From Hormiphora californensis (taxonomy: Eukaryota > Animalia > Ctenophora), in the NCBI GenBank assembly GCA_020137815.1, contig CM035353.1, positions 1,364,001-1,428,000 of the forward strand: 64,000 nt of DNA. Direction: 5' to 3'. Made by a program: the position numbers and the translations under genes. Under the pieces are notes generated by a model. It searched no databases and was not told where the DNA came from. It was given only the letters and a program-made list of their open reading frames with translations. Below, one piece after another: positions 1 through 18,615 of the stretch (positions are counted from its first letter, which is position 1; the number at the start of each line of letters is the position of its first letter).

Positions 1-252
1 AGCTGCTCCAAATCGGCTGTAACTCTGAGCGAGATTAAGGAGAAACCGAGTGATGGCAATGATTCGGATGAGGCCACGTTAAAGTGTAATATTGTCGATC
101 CGGAATCAGTTAAAAAGTTGAACGACAATTTTATAAACCTCGATATTAATAAAGACTCACCAGATCACGGGTTAAGGGCTAAAAACGATAGACATTTGAC
201 GGAGAAGGACTTCGATAAATTATTTCTAACGAATAACAGTACTGACACGTGA
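1..252 (+). CDS. C-terminal coding segment of an unidentified gene entering from upstream
   Basis: Frame 1 is open for 83 codons from base 1 (SCSKSAVTLSEIKEK...FDKLFLTNNSTDT) to TGA at 250-252 with protein-like composition. No family recognised. Confidence 0.5.
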   Translation, partial: SCSKSAVTLSEIKEKPSDGNDSDEATLKCNIVDPESVKKLNDNFINLDINKDSPDHGLRAKNDRHLTEKDFDKLFLTNNSTDT

Positions 253-596
253 TAACTGCACTGGTGTAATCTATCGAGGATAGAGGAAGAGAGAGAGAGG
301 TATAGAGTGGACCTTCCTTTTTTGTACACCCCATTTCATTTTCACGCGAGAGAGAGAGCTGTGTTCATGACCTGTCTGGCGCCGCAGACCCCATCTGAGC
401 GCACTGTCGCTTTGAGAATCAAATCGGGGTCTGGCCAGACAGTTCATCATGAGCCAAATCAGGGCGGCGGGCGGGAGGTACCATCTTTTGATTACAGCAC
501 TGGCACCGAATTGTCCTGCATCTGAGCTCTATTTGGCCTATCTTTTTTGTGTGCTGTTTTGTGCGCTGGATATTTGTTTGCCCCAATTGTATGTAC

Positions 597-705
597 CAGG
601 AACCGACCGAATCAGGAAATACTGGTCCCTGATTGGCTGATAACCAGTCACATGACCTAAATAACGAGTTCTGATTGGTTGTTTACTTGTTTCGGTCGGT
701 TCCTG
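597..705 (+). mobile_element. 109-bp hAT-type MITE, copy 1
   Basis: TIRs CAGGAACCGACCGAA...TTCGGTCGGTTCCTG with 8-bp TSD GTATGTAC on both sides. Confidence 0.9.
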
Positions 706-1488
706 GTATGTACTACCAGACCGTGCTATAATAACAGCTCAGAACCATACGCGCGGTCAGGTAGGTTATTACTTTGCTGGGTATTATATTCAGGGTGTTT
801 TGTGAGGGGACTGCTACATAATATCGGGGTGCTACATGTTGCGATGTGCTCTGTTGAGAGGGGTGCTAGGGTGTTCATATAATAAAGTTGAGTAACTGCG
901 TTACCACATGTGGAGAGGTGGTACTTGCGGGAATTATTTTACCAAAAAATCAGCTCACAATTCTGTTAGATAGTGCTGAACTTTTCTCACGCGCTTCGCT
1001 CTGTGCGAGTGGAGCGAGGAGAGAGTTCAGGCATCGCACTGACAATGGCACGTACCAATATGGTACTGAAATGAAGGGAGGGTATAGCCACGTGTGTTTT
1101 ACTTTGTTTTGCTGGAAATTTAACTTTCACTTAAAAGTTTTTCAATAATATATTATCCCATACCCCATTGTGTAAATACACTGCTATTTATAAGAAGCTT
1201 GTCTTTGTAATTTAAATTGATCATGATGAAGTGATATAATGATAAAATCCTGCGAGTTTTCCGCTTCTTTGAACAAAAAACCCTACAAAAATTAAATATC
1301 ATTGCCGCTCACTATTTGGCCCCTTAATTCATAATTATTAATTATGACATGGATCACAAACGCACATATCTCGAAGCGAAGATAGGTGGCAATGGCACTG
1401 CACTAACACCGACAGTGTCGGTCCGACACCACCATTGCATAACATTCTGTACCGTACCGGGTAAGAGGAGAGTGCAGTGCACATAACT

Positions 1489-2511
1489 TGTCTAGTGTCT
1501 GTCTGGCGGCGCCATACCCTGTCTAGTATCTGTCTGGTGGCGCCATATTCCTGTCTTGTGTCTGTCTGGTGGCACCATATCCTGTCTAGTGTCTGTCTGG
1601 CGGCGCCATACCCTGTCTAGTGTCTGCCTGGCGGCGCCATACCCTGTCTAGTGTCTGTCTGGCGGCGCCATACCCTGTCTAGTGTCTGTCTGGCGGCGCC
1701 ATATTCCTGTCTTGTGTCTGTCTGGTGGCACCATATCCTATCTAGTGTCTGTCTGGAGCGCCATACCCTGTCTAGTGTCTGTCTGGCGGCGCCATACCCT
1801 GTCTTGTGTCTGTCTGCCGGCGCCATACCCTGTCTAGTGTCTGTCTGGCGGCGCCATACCCTGTCTAGTGTCTGTCTGGCGGCGCCATACCCTGTCTAGT
1901 GTATGTCTGGCGGCGCCATACCCTGTCTAGTGTCTGTCTGGCGGCACCATACCCTGTCTAGTGTCTGTCTGGCGGCGCCATACCCTGTCTAGTGTCTATC
2001 TGGCGGCGCCATACCCTGTCTAGTGTCTGTCTGGCGGCGCCATATTCCTGTCTAGTGTCTGTCTGGTGGCACCATATCCTGTCTAGTGTCTGTCTGGAGC
2101 GCCATACCCTGTCTTGTGTCTGTCTGGCGGCGCCATACCCTGTCTTGTGTCTGTCTGGCGGCGCCATACCCTGTTTAGTGTCTGTCTGCCGGCGCCATAC
2201 CCTGCCTAGTGTCTGTCTGGCGGCGCCATACCCTGTCTAGTGTCTGTCTGGCGGCGCCATACCCTGTCTAGTGTATGTCTGGCGGCGCCATACCCTGTAT
2301 AGTGTCTGTCTAGCGGCGACATATCCTGTCTAGTGCCTGTCTGGCGGCGCCATACCCTGTCTAGTGTCTGTCTGGCGGCGCCATACCCTGTCTTGTGTCT
2401 GTCTGGCGGCGCCATACCCTGTCTAGTGTCTGTCTGGCGGCGCCATACCCTGTCTAGTGTCTGTCTGGCGGCGCCATACCCTGTCTAGTGTCTATCTGGC
2501 GGCGCCATATT
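1489..2511 (+). repeat. 31-bp minisatellite array (TGTCTAGTGTCTGTCTGGCGGCGCCATACCC)n
   Basis: About 33 tandem copies read directly. Confidence 0.95.
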
Positions 2512-2555
2512 CCGGATGACCCGATGACCGGCAGGTGGCTGGCACCACGTGGGAT

Positions 2556-3307
2556 TAGGGTAAACCGGGGCAATTCGAACAACCGGGGCAATTCGAACAA
2601 TGTACTGCCCGTCTCTCACCTAGTTAAGCTATCATAATGACGTCATCCTATCTCCAGAAGAAAACTGCTCGTTCGAGCCTGCCCGTTACCACTAAATAGG
2701 CTCTAGATCCGGTTTAAGTTGGTCAATTTCCGATTTGAAAAAACCAGCTGAAAGCTAATAATATTAGCTTTCAGATGGTATAAAAATTATTTAAATATTC
2801 GCATATTTTCATTCCAAATTCTGGTAAATTAAGATTACCGGGGCAATTCGAACCACCGGGGCAATTCGAACCGGGGCAATTTGGTTAGTGAACCGGGCCA
2901 ATGATGTGCAGTTCTTTGTACCACGTGATACCGGGGCAATTCGAACAAGAACGACCAGCGTGTAGATTGCGTGTAGATTACATTGTTCGAATTGCCCCCA
3001 CCTCTAACAACACCAGGCGGGAATCTTCTTCTGGTGTTGTGAGGACGTTCACGTGACTCCCACGTGACGAAATAAAGCACTCCTATTGGTGTTGTCCGAA
3101 TTGCCCCGGTACCATTTTTTCCGACCAAAATTTTTAAATTAGTTATTTAGTTAAGTAAATGATGGTCCCTAGAGTTGAAATTTATCTTATTTGAAAGATA
3201 AAATGATGAACTTTAATCCTATATAATTTTTTTCATTGTATCTTTTTTTAAATGGGAGTGAGAACCGATTAAGTAAAAAGTTAACCATTTTGCCCCGGTT
3301 TACCCTA
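2556..3307. mobile_element. Non-autonomous TIR DNA transposon (~750 bp), probable TA target site
   Basis: TAGGGTAAACCGGGGCAA at 2556 and TTGCCCCGGTTTACCCTA ending 3307, with internal CCGGGGCAATTCGAAC subrepeats. A related fragment lies in RhoA intron 1 (~13780-13830). Confidence 0.75.
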
Positions 3308-3943
3308 CGGGTTTAGGTCGTCGTAGGAAATCGTCATTGGTCCCATTCACTCACGTTCGATTGGGATCGATGAGCTGATCAAAATCCCACTAAAACCGAA
3401 AAAACCTAATAACCCTAGATAAGAACCAAACAGTGCGCTAGAACGTGCTGAGTGTGCTATTTTTCCTGATTCAAATCAAAATTTCACTTAGCTTCTGTCA
3501 GGCCAATGCTCTGACCCAGACCACAGTTTTCGCGCGCTCCGCGTGCAGAACTGAGAGAGAAATGAGAATAGGGTCAGGCCAATGCTCTGACCAATGCTCT
3601 GACAGCTAAACTTACCCTTTGGATGAGTTTCTACGATCATTCTAAAACATTTGGTAAAAAATTTTAGCTCTACCCCGGCCCAATTACATGGGCCGATGTA
3701 TGCTCATATATGGGCATATTCATATTAAAAATGTGTTTTGGGGCGTTCGCGTTTTTTGCAAAAACCACACATATGAATCGCCTCATGAGAACCAGTACAA
3801 CCATCCTTTTCAGTCTGAACCTTCAGGACTCCATTTTATTTGTTTATAATAAAAAAAATTTTTTTCATTTTTTTTTCTTGCACATTTTCCTACTTTGCAG
3901 TAGTAGTGGGGACGAATTTAAACTTTTTGAGTTTTTATTTGTT

Positions 3944-6247
3944 GCCGCCAGACAGTGCACTATACTAGACAGGGTATGGCGCCGCCAGACAGACACTAGA
4001 CAGGGTATGGCGCCGCCAGATAGACACTAGACAGGGTATGGCGCCGCCAGACAGTCACTAGACAGGGTATGGCGCCGCCAGACAGACACTAGACAGGGTA
4101 TGGCGCCGCCAGATAGACACTAGACAGGGTATGGCGCCGCCAGACAGTCACTAGACAGGGTATGGCGCTGCCAGACAGACACAAGACAGGGTATGGCGCC
4201 ACCAGACAGACACTAGTGACTAGACAGGGTATGGCACCGCCAGATAGACACTAGACAGGATATGGCGCTGCCAGACAGACACTAGATAGGGTATGGCGCC
4301 GCCAGACAGACACTAGACAGGTTATGGCGCCGCCAGACATGGAAACTAAGCAGGGTATGGCGCCGCCAGACATGGAAACTAAGCAGGGTATGGCACCGCC
4401 AGACAGTCACTAGACAGGGTATGGCGCTGCCAGACAGACACTAGACAGGGTATGGCGCCGCCAGACAGACACTAGACAGGGTATGGCGCCGCCAGACATA
4501 CACTAGACAGGGTATGGCGCCGCCAGACATACACTAGACAGGGTATGGCGCCGCCAGATAGACACTAGACAGGATATGGCGCCGCCAGACAGACACTAGA
4601 CAGGGTATGGCGCCGGCAGACAGACACTAGACAGGGTATGTCGCCGCCAGACAGAAACTAGACAGGGTATGGCGCCGCCAGACAGACACTAGACAGGGTA
4701 TGGCGCCGCCAGACAGTCACTAGACAGGGTATGGCGCCGCCAGACAGACACTAGACAGGGTATGGCGCCGCCAGATAGACACTAGACAGGGTATGGCGCC
4801 GCCAGACAGTCACTAGACAGGGTATGGCGCTGCCAGACAGACACAAGACAGGGTATGGCACCGCCAGATAGACACATGACAGGATATGGCGCTGCCAGAC
4901 AGACACTAGACAGGGTATGGCGCCGCCAGACAGACACTAGACAGGTTATGGCGCCGCCAGACATGGAAACTAAGCAGGGTATGGCGCCGCCAGACATGGA
5001 AACTAAGCAGGGTATGGCGCCGCCAGACAGTCACTAGACAGGGTATGGCGCTGCCAGACAGACACAAGACAGGGTATGGCACCGCCAGATAGACACTAGA
5101 CAGGATATGGCGCTGCCAGACAGACACTAGACAGGGTATGGCGCCGCCAGATAGACACTAGACAGGATATGGCGCCGCCAGACAGACACTAGACAGGGTA
5201 TGGCGCCGGCAGACAGACACTAGACAGGGTATGTCGCCGCCAGACAGAAACTAGACAGGGTATGGCGCCGCCAGACAGACACTAGACAGGGTATGGCGCC
5301 GCCAGACAGTCACTAGACAGGGTATGGCGCTGCCAGACAGACACTAGACAGGGTATGGCACCGCCAGATAGACACTAGACAGGATATGGCGCCGCCAGAT
5401 AGACACTAGACAGGATATGGCGCCGCCAGACAGACACTAGACAGGGTATGGCGCCGGCAGACAGACACTAGACAGGGTATGTCGCCGCCAGACAGAAACT
5501 AGACAGGGTATGGCGCCGCCAGACAGACACTAGACAGGGTATGGCGCCGCCAGACAGTCACTAGACAGGGTATGGCGCTGCCAGACAGACACTAGACAGG
5601 GTATGGCACCGCCAGATAGACACTAGACAGGATATGGCGCTGCCAGACAGACACTAGACAGGGTATGGCGCCGCCAGACAGACACTAGACAGGTTATGGC
5701 GCCGCCAGACAGAAACTAGACAGGGTATGGCGCCGCCAAATAGACACTAGACAGGATATGGCGCCGCCACACAGACACTAGACAGGGTATGGCGCCGCCA
5801 GACAGACACAAGACAGGGTATGGCGCCGCCAGATAGACACTAGACAGAGTATGGCGCCGCCAAATAGACACTATACAGGATATGGCGCCGCCACACAGAC
5901 ACAAGACAGGGTATGGCGCCGCCAGACAGACACTAGACATGATATGGCGCCGCCACACAGACACTAGACAGAGTATGGCACCGCCAGACAGACACTAGAC
6001 AGAGTATGGCGCCGCCAAATAGACACTAGACAGGATATGGCGCCGCCACACAGACACTAGACAGGGTATGGCGCCGCCAGACAGACACAAGACAGGGTAT
6101 GGCGCCGCCAGACAGACACTAGACAGGATATGGCGCCGCCACACAGACACTAGACAGGGTATGGCACCGCCAGACAGACACTAGACAGGGTATGGCGCCG
6201 CCAGACAGGGTATGGCGCCGCCAGACACTAGACAGGTCATGGCGCCG
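3944..6247 (-). repeat. Same 31-bp minisatellite in the opposite orientation
   Basis: About 70 copies of GGGTATGGCGCCGCCAGACAGACACTAGACA, the reverse complement of the 1489-2511 unit. Confidence 0.95.
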
Positions 6248-6307
6248 TCGCTCGATCTAATTGAACCAAAACGGGGTCGGCAACGCCTGGGGGGGGGGGG
6301 GGGGGGG

Positions 6308-6733
6308 TGGGGTGACACGTAACACTTTGTAACACTTTGTAACATGTGCAGAAAACTTTTTGTGCACGTTACATGTTACAAAGTGTTACATAGTGTTAAA
6401 AAGTGTTACATAGTGTTACAAAGTGTTACATAGTGTTACAAATTGTTACAAAGTGTTACAAAGTTTTACAAATTGTTACAAAGTGTTACAAAAAGTGACC
6501 AAAAAAATTTTTCTAGCGTAAAATACCGAAATAAATTTTACGTATTCGTATTCGGTTGAACCTAAGACACTGTTTCATGGTGTTTTATACAACAAAATCG
6601 GGTGTACGGACCGGTTTTAAGCCATATAAAATATGTAACACTTTGTAACATTTTGTAACACTTTGTAACATGTGCAGAAAACTTTTTGTGCGCGTTACAT
6701 GTTACAAAGTGTTACGTGCAGTGTCACCCCCCC
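6308..6733. mobile_element. MITE-like element with GGGGTGACAC...GTGTCACCCC ends and internal 10-bp GTGTTACAAA repeats
   Basis: Inverted termini plus inverted TGTAACACTT/AAGTGTTACA subrepeats. Confidence 0.55.
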
Positions 6734-6914
6734 ACGCCTGACAGCGAATTCGCTTTCAATTCTGGCAGTGGCACCAGACAGCCGACAACAGGGCGGTGAC
6801 GTTACACTAATATTAAAACTCCTGTATTCTGCAGAATACAGGCGTTTTAATGAAACAGAATGCTGTTGTATCCTCGCAACTACCACACCGCGTGTCCTAT
6901 CATAGACTTCATAG

Positions 6915-7073
6915 TATGGAGACGTGGAGTGGTCAATTAGTGAGGGGTGGGAGTAGATCTTTCAACAAGTCACATGTTCAGTGTTCCTATGGACTTAATA
7001 GGAACAGTGAGCATGTGACTTGTTGAAAGATCCCCTCCTACACCTCACTAATTGACCACTCCACGTCTCTATA
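6915..7073. mobile_element. ~160-bp hairpin MITE
   Basis: GAGACGTGGAGTGGTCAATTAGTGAGG...CCTCACTAATTGACCACTCCACGTCTC, a near-perfect inverted repeat over its whole length. Confidence 0.7.
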
Positions 7074-7825
7074 GCATCCCCTCCCACAATAGTATCAGCT
7101 GCCCAGTACCACAAATTCCTCTATTCTCATTCCCTAATCGACTTCCTAGAGCTGCTGCAGTACTCTACAGCTACACTATAGCCACAATTGCAATGGAAGT
7201 GGCACTTCATACCAGTTGGCGATCTGGATCACAACAGCAGCTCTACACGCCACAATTTGCCACATAAACTGCTCGATGTGTATGTCCGTATGTATATTAT
7301 TGCATGTGCGCGGCGGACTGGCTCCCTACAAAATGCTAGCAGTAACACTTTCACAGCGCGCAACCTCCCTCAAAATGTAGACCCCCCTTGGGGTTGGTGG
7401 GCTGCGCGACATGACAGAGTTGATGTGGCAAATCGAATGAGACATTTGTACATTCACACGAAATTGAGAGAAGAGAAAAAATACCTTGATACAAAAATAC
7501 ACAGTCACAATAAATAGAAGAATAAGGAAATATATAAACCTGTATCGAATAAGTAAAATAATTAAATTTAGTTGTAGAAAAACGAAATCCCACAAAAATA
7601 ATAAATGCTATCAAAAATAAGGCGGTTAAATAGTTCTCAAATACATTTAATACATAGAAAAACGTTGTAGAAATGACATGAAATTATTAAGGTGGCGCTG
7701 TAGAAAAAACCGCATTATTTAATTAACTAGAGGCACGATGTGTCACGCACATCACAGTTCCAACCCACAACACACACACTATTGTACAGAGGTACTGACA
7801 CCCTGTACCGACATGCCTTCAGACG

Positions 7826-11272
<3,447 letters not shown>

Positions 11273-11340
11273 CCCTCCTAGCTAAAAATTTAAACTTTAA
11301 AGTCAGGTGATAGGCGGAGAGATAGATAGGGAGAGAGAGA

Positions 11341-11382
<42 letters not shown>

Positions 11383-11536
11383 AGATAGTTGGAGGCTGGA
11401 ACTTGAGTGGCCCCCGCCCTTTTTTTTTTCTTTGGGGGTCCTACGCTCACACACATCTATAATTAAACACTCCTGCACTATTCCAAGATGGGGGTCGGGG
11501 GGAGGGGTAGTAGAAAAACGGTTACCGGAAGGGGGG

Positions 11537-11640
11537 CAGGAACCGACCGACACAAGTAAACAACCGTCAACCAATCAGAACTCGTAAGTTAGTCACGTGA
11601 TGGTTCAGCTCAGGGACTTTCCTGATTCGGTCGGTTCCTG
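11537..11640 (-). mobile_element. 109-bp MITE family copy upstream of DLIC
   Basis: Same TIRs, reverse orientation, TSD AAGGGGGG. Confidence 0.85.
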
Positions 11641-11991
11641 AAGGGGGGCTAATAGGGGGGGGGGATCAAGGGGCTATAAAGAGGGGGCTTATTAGAGACA
11701 AACAAACCCTCGGTAAATTTATATTCCAGGATTTATATGGAAGCCGAGTATTCTATGTAACCAAAACTAACACTAATATACAATAGATATATATTAATTA
11801 CTTTGAAGGCCTTTTTTTATTCAATTAATATTTAGGAACGACAAAATGTTAGTTTATAACTTTTTTAAAAATGAGTTTCTTTCTTTATCTAAAAGATCTA
11901 TTGTTTTTGGGGCTGTAAAAGGGACACATGTGAGAGATATGAATATACTATGAAGATTGTAGAGTCCTGTATTTTACAATGATAGATTCCA

Positions 11992-12026
<35 letters not shown>

Positions 12027-12080
12027 ATATATCTCTCACTCTATCTCTCTTGAAAACACACCACCTATGTAATCACACAT

Positions 12081-12122
<42 letters not shown>

Positions 12123-12323
12123 GGTAGTGGTATATTTATATAATAACAGTCGTTCAGAAGTTTTTTGAGAAAACAAAAATCACATATGTCTACTAAACCC
12201 AGATCTCTCTCAACGCGAGTAGTTCCCAAAATACAAGGCGGTGTTTAAAAGTGTGTGGGGGGCTTAGAAAGTGTTATATAAAAAGATAGACACAAAGAAG
12301 AGAGAGAAACACAACGTATAAGG

Positions 12324-12432
12324 CAGGAACCGACCGAAACAAGTAAACAACCAATTAGAACTCGTTATTTAGGCCACGTGACTGGTTATCGGCCAATCAG
12401 GGACCAGTATTTCCTGATTCGGTCGGTTCCTG
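12324..12432 (-). mobile_element. 109-bp MITE copy downstream of RhoA
   Basis: Same TIRs, TSD GTATAAGG. Confidence 0.9.
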
Positions 12433-12766
12433 GTATAAGGGGAACTATTATACCAGGAGTTGTTTTTACCCTCCTTTACGGGGCGCGGTGAGGCAGGGTA
12501 GGGCAATACCAGGAGAGGTAGCTATTATTGAAAAGAGAATGAGGTACCATGCAATGCTATATGTCCCATAGAAAGTTAGAGAGTGAAGATGATTTTGTAG
12601 TACAGTCTCAATCACTTATATATAAACAGTGATTTTCACGGGCTTTGCAACTACTATGCAGAGAAAGTGTTCGAGTATTTAGGAAGCAAGGGGGAGGAGG
12701 GGAGCTGGATCACAACTTCAACCCAGCTCCGACCCTATTCTCCGTTAGTTTTCGGAGCTGATCCCT

Positions 12767-13941
<1,175 letters not shown>

Positions 13942-15099
13942 CTACTTAAGGTAGTTCAAGGTTAGTTACAAAGCTTGGTGTATTATAGTATGTTGTATAC
14001 GCGAACAGAATCCCCCAAAATCAATGACGTTTGTTATTACTGATCTGCGTATACAAATATTGAATGCAAATACAATTATTCATATCCCGCTTTTAGACCT
14101 AGATGCATTTTAAAGTCTGAAAACCTGGGACGGTCCTCAATCGAAGAACGCCGAACCAACAAAAAGGGGCCCTTTTGTTACACAACTTTTTCAACAAGCG
14201 CCCTAAAGGGAAATTCAAATCTGCTACGAACCCCAAATTTTGGAGGGCGCAAGGGTGAAGTAAACCCGGGAAGATGAATGAAGAAACGTGTCAGGGTTGC
14301 CTTGGGCTGCCGAACCAAGAACAAACTCACGGGGGCCGTGAGAGGGGCCCAATTGGCAACGTTTTGGCCCCGGAAGCCGGATAAGGCAGCTTTTAAAAGG
14401 AAAAAGGGAAATTACGAAAGATTCAGGCAGCTTAAAAATCTTGTTTTTGTGGGCAAGTTTTTAGTGGAGTGAAAGAAAGGAGGAAGTGGTTGGGGGTTTT
14501 TGGGGGGGGGGGGGGTGGGGGGGTTTAGGCCTTGAAATTCGCCCAGTACGTGACACCCAAACCCTTGGGGTTTTGGCGAAACCAGGGGAATCCAGGAAGC
14601 GAACGCCCCCAAAACAACCAGGGTTCGTCGGGAACGGGTCCCATCTTTCCACGCGAATTGGGCCTTATTTTGGTAAGAATTTCTTACGATGTAAAAGGGG
14701 TTTTGGAAAACGGCGCAACCATGGGGTTTCTGGGGATGGCCACGCCCGAAAGGAAAATTTTAAAACGAACCGGGACCAAATTTTGGTTTTTCGGTTTGGC
14801 CCACGGGTTTTTGAAATTTTTATTTTGGGCCCAAAGGGAACCCGAGGGGGCCCCCTGTGGTGGGTCGGGGTAAAAATAGCAAACAAAGTTGAATTTTAAC
14901 TAAAAGGGAATGAGTTTTGGTTTTATTCTTTTCCATTTTGGCCCCGCAAGGGGACGTTGCGGGCCCAGCTTAAAAACTTATACTGACGAACCGGTTTTTA
15001 GGTTAGGGCTAAAGAGGGTGCTTTAAGGGGGTGGGTTGGGGGTTTAAATTTAAATAAATTTTGGGAAACCCCAAAAACGGTTGGATGGTTTGGGGTAGA

Positions 15100-18000
15100 G
15101 ATTAAGTGAATTCAACTTTTTTGAACAACGGAAAGGTAACAGGGCCTCCAAACACCAATCGAAACGGCGCCCAGGGGGGCCCGGTCATGCGGGACAGAAA
15201 GGGAAGAAGAGTTGGGGATTTGACTGAGGGTTCCCCTCCAGGGAAAAACTCGAGGACGATGTATCCCCCCATTGTAAATTGGAGGACCTTTGAAATTTTT
15301 CCTTTTGGGGGCACAGGCAAAGTAACCTTCACATTTTACCAAACTTAAAAACTAAATCAGAAATTAAAAAAATTGAGATCGAGGGAAACCATTAACTACT
15401 TGCCTTTTTTAACAAGAATAGAAAATATGAAAAATAACCCATTTGCCAAAATTTGGCAGTAAGGGGGCATGGTTTTATTTAATCCCCCTTTACTGTACTT
15501 TTGATTGGGTTAACAAATTCCAATTGGGCTGAGGAAACCGGGGGAATGAACCCGACACCAGGTCGGTGGGTTTCTCCCATTCCACCATCGGGAGACGTTT
15601 GCACAGTCGAAACACAGGGGGGGAGAGGAGGGAAAATAACGGAAAAATTCCCATAGAAGGGGGCCCATGCTATAAGCCATGGGGGGGAAAAAAAAGAATG
15701 ATTTGGGGGCGAAAGGGCGCCACGGTTTACTAGTTAAGACAGGCTGCCTTCCGTTTTTTGTGTGTTGTCCCAGTTGAAATGAGTTGAGTCTTTTCTATTT
15801 TCCATGGAAGGAGAAGAGAGGAGAGAGGAACGGGGTTGAGAAATTGTGAGATACGGAACATTGCCGTCTGGGCCCCCAAACTGGGTTAAAAGCTATTAGT
15901 TTAATATCGAAAGTGAACTACCCGTCTATCAGGACCAAAAGGACTGTACTCCACAGGTCAGCGGGGGCTCCTATTAAAAGGGAACCATAAAGAAAAATTC
16001 ATTTATAGTCTCCGATCGATACTTATTCAGTGATATTATCTTATCCCAAGATTGCACAGATGGGTTCCGTAGAATTCGTCCATAGTAAGCCTCTATGACC
16101 TCCAAAGTGCTCCGTTTTATCGATCTTACCAATGAAAAACTTGAGGCCTTCGTTCCAAATCTGACCATTTCCGAAGACATCCTCAAACTCCCTCAGAAGG
16201 ATCACTGGAAAGAGATGCGAAGACGACTGAAACGATGATAATACCACACGATAAAGCCAAGGGATTCTTCAGGCTTATACCTGAGTTAGCACGATGGAGT
16301 CCAGCCCTCACACCTCTCACTCGAAACATGCTCAAGATGGTCATGGCCATGACTGACACTGCACTTCCCAGTAGTGTTGACAATACCCAGAGCGTCAGCA
16401 GTACCTGCTAGCGAGCCAGTAAGTTCTGTCTCTCGCAGTAGTCTTCCCTGTAAAGCATCAGACAAATGCAATCGCCAGAAGATAGACACCAGTTAGAAGA
16501 TCTCCGACTGCTAATGGTTGCTACAAGCAGTCGGTTTTCAAGACAAACCTGACTTTCTACTGTTTGTAGTTCAAGAGAAACCTTTCCCAACGTCCACAAG
16601 TTCAATCCAATGGCGAGAGATCCTAATATAAACGCGCTAGTTTTTAAATGGTATCCTTGTAGAATTTCTTTTCCACACCTATCGTTGCACTCATCTGATA
16701 AGTCCATACAGTTGGGAACCCCGTCGCACATCTTGTACAGAGGAAAGTATAATTGATGACTCTCACCTTCTGAGGTTTTGCACCGGAAGTTATTTTCACA
16801 TTTTTCCTCATCGCTGCCATCTCCACAGTCATCGATCAGGTTGCAGACTTTCTCAAACGGTAGACACTTATTATTATCGCACTCGAAGATCTCCTGCCCG
16901 AAAGATTGTTTCTTTGTCGTCACAAATGTTAACACATTTTCGTTGGAAACTGTGTACAATCTGTTTTTGATCTCAGCCGGACACGAATCTAGTTTGAGCG
17001 GACTTTTCGATATTGGACAAGTTTCACTACAGACACCCAGACACGACAGATAAACGTATACCTCGCCAAAAGCGTAAAGACAGGAAGCTTTTTTAGGAGC
17101 TGTCACCGTGGTCTCACGGTCAATACCAAAGATTTTAGAGTTCCGCATCTTAGACGAGCTAAATTCAGAACAATCTCCTACCAGATTTATCACGTTTTCA
17201 AGTCCAGGTAAACACTGGCCTATGTACTTGTTCCAAACAGTGTCCTGGACGGCCTTGTGGAACACCTCGGAGACCAGTCTCCTACAGACGGCGTTCTCGT
17301 TCCCACACGTGTCTACACCATCACAAAGAAGATTGGATGGTATGATGCTCCGGGGACCAAACTTGCAGTGAAACACGTCTTTGCACGTGGCGCTGTCCAC
17401 TACAAACCTTCGAAATTTACCTGTTCCGCAAGTGGGCCATAGGTCCAGGATCTCATCTTCCCCGTCAACACAGTCCTCAACGCCATCCCCCAGCCAATAG
17501 ATGGGAAACGATGGAGAATACAGGTCAGGCCGGAATTTCCTCTTGCATCCAGTGCCAGTCATCCACTTGCAGTGGAGTTCGTCATGACCGTTAGGGCAAT
17601 CGCGGGTGTCATCACAAACCTGGTGCTTGTGGATTCTACAGGTAGATGTAACATCCACACAGAGGTTATCCAGCTTATCATCACAGAGCCCCTGACTTAG
17701 TCCACCACACACCATCACCTTGGAGACGGTGGACATGTACCCTCCTATGGGACAGAAAAGGGCCACCCTGGCCGGATCGGAGCAGTTAGTCTGTTCCATG
17801 AAGTCGAGACAGTGTGGAGAATAAAAGTACCCCTTTGATTCGATAGTTACAGAGTCACTGAGGTCCCATCTCCACCTGTGGTTCACTCGGATGGTGGTAC
17901 ATCGGGTGAAGTTAAAGATTGGAACTTGATACAAATCACCCACATAGTTGATTGTACACGTTGCCACGTCTGGCTGATCGTGTGCACATGATCTCATGTC

Positions 18001-18615
18001 ACCAGACACCCCGCAGATATTCTTATAATAAAAGTTGAAAACACAGGCTAGTATGGGGGAGGTCCACCCGTTTCTCTCACTGCACAGGTACCCGTATGTG
18101 AACTCACCACAGTGTATTTCATCCTCACACGTGATTGTATCACATACACCGTCACACGCCTGCGTCACGCTGTCACACACACCCGTGAAGTTGTTGCCCC
18201 TGCACTCGTCACCAAATGCCGGATTGCAAATGTCCATGATGGCCCGGGGGAAGAAAGCGTGAGGTCCCGCCTTACAGGCTGCCACCCCACAGAGGCCATC
18301 CATCTCGGATGTTACACTGCCCACCCCTGGCAGGTAGCCACACATCTCGTAATGATACGGATCATGGGGGCATGTCGTGTTGAAGGTCCACCTGTCCGAT
18401 TTTAGGGCATAGTAGTAATCTTTAGAGTTGTGGCACTGAAACAAGGTGAGGCCGTCAACGTAGTCTGTGTTGGAGAACTGGTGGGTACATACACGCTTTA
18501 AAAAGCCATTCAAGGGGGTGATCTTGCACTCCAGAGGGTGCAGGAAGCATTCCCCCGAAATAGCCAGTAACTGCAGAATAGTAATACCAACTGCGGTTCT
18601 CAATCCGATGGACAT
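15100..18615 (-). CDS. Intronless rhodopsin-class GPCR with multiple LDL-receptor class A repeats (GRL101/RXFP-like 7TM, no LRRs seen); 7TM part frameshifted
   Basis: 735-aa ORF with a signal peptide and repeated CDG..DC.DG.DE modules, then TM1 (AFILGSLAIGLN) and TM2-TM4 fragments across frames (GSAVSVMAMTILSMFR, IEAYYGR). The 3' boundary is approximate because the sequence degrades below ~16500. Confidence 0.75.

Noticed and set aside
1489-6247. 31-bp repeats as a CRISPR array or as coding ORFs
   Set aside because: There are no unique spacers or cas genes, the context is eukaryotic, and the ORFs are translations of the satellite.
14100-15900. G/A homopolymer-rich ORFs
   Set aside because: Low-quality sequence with homopolymer expansion, partly the garbled GPCR C-terminus.
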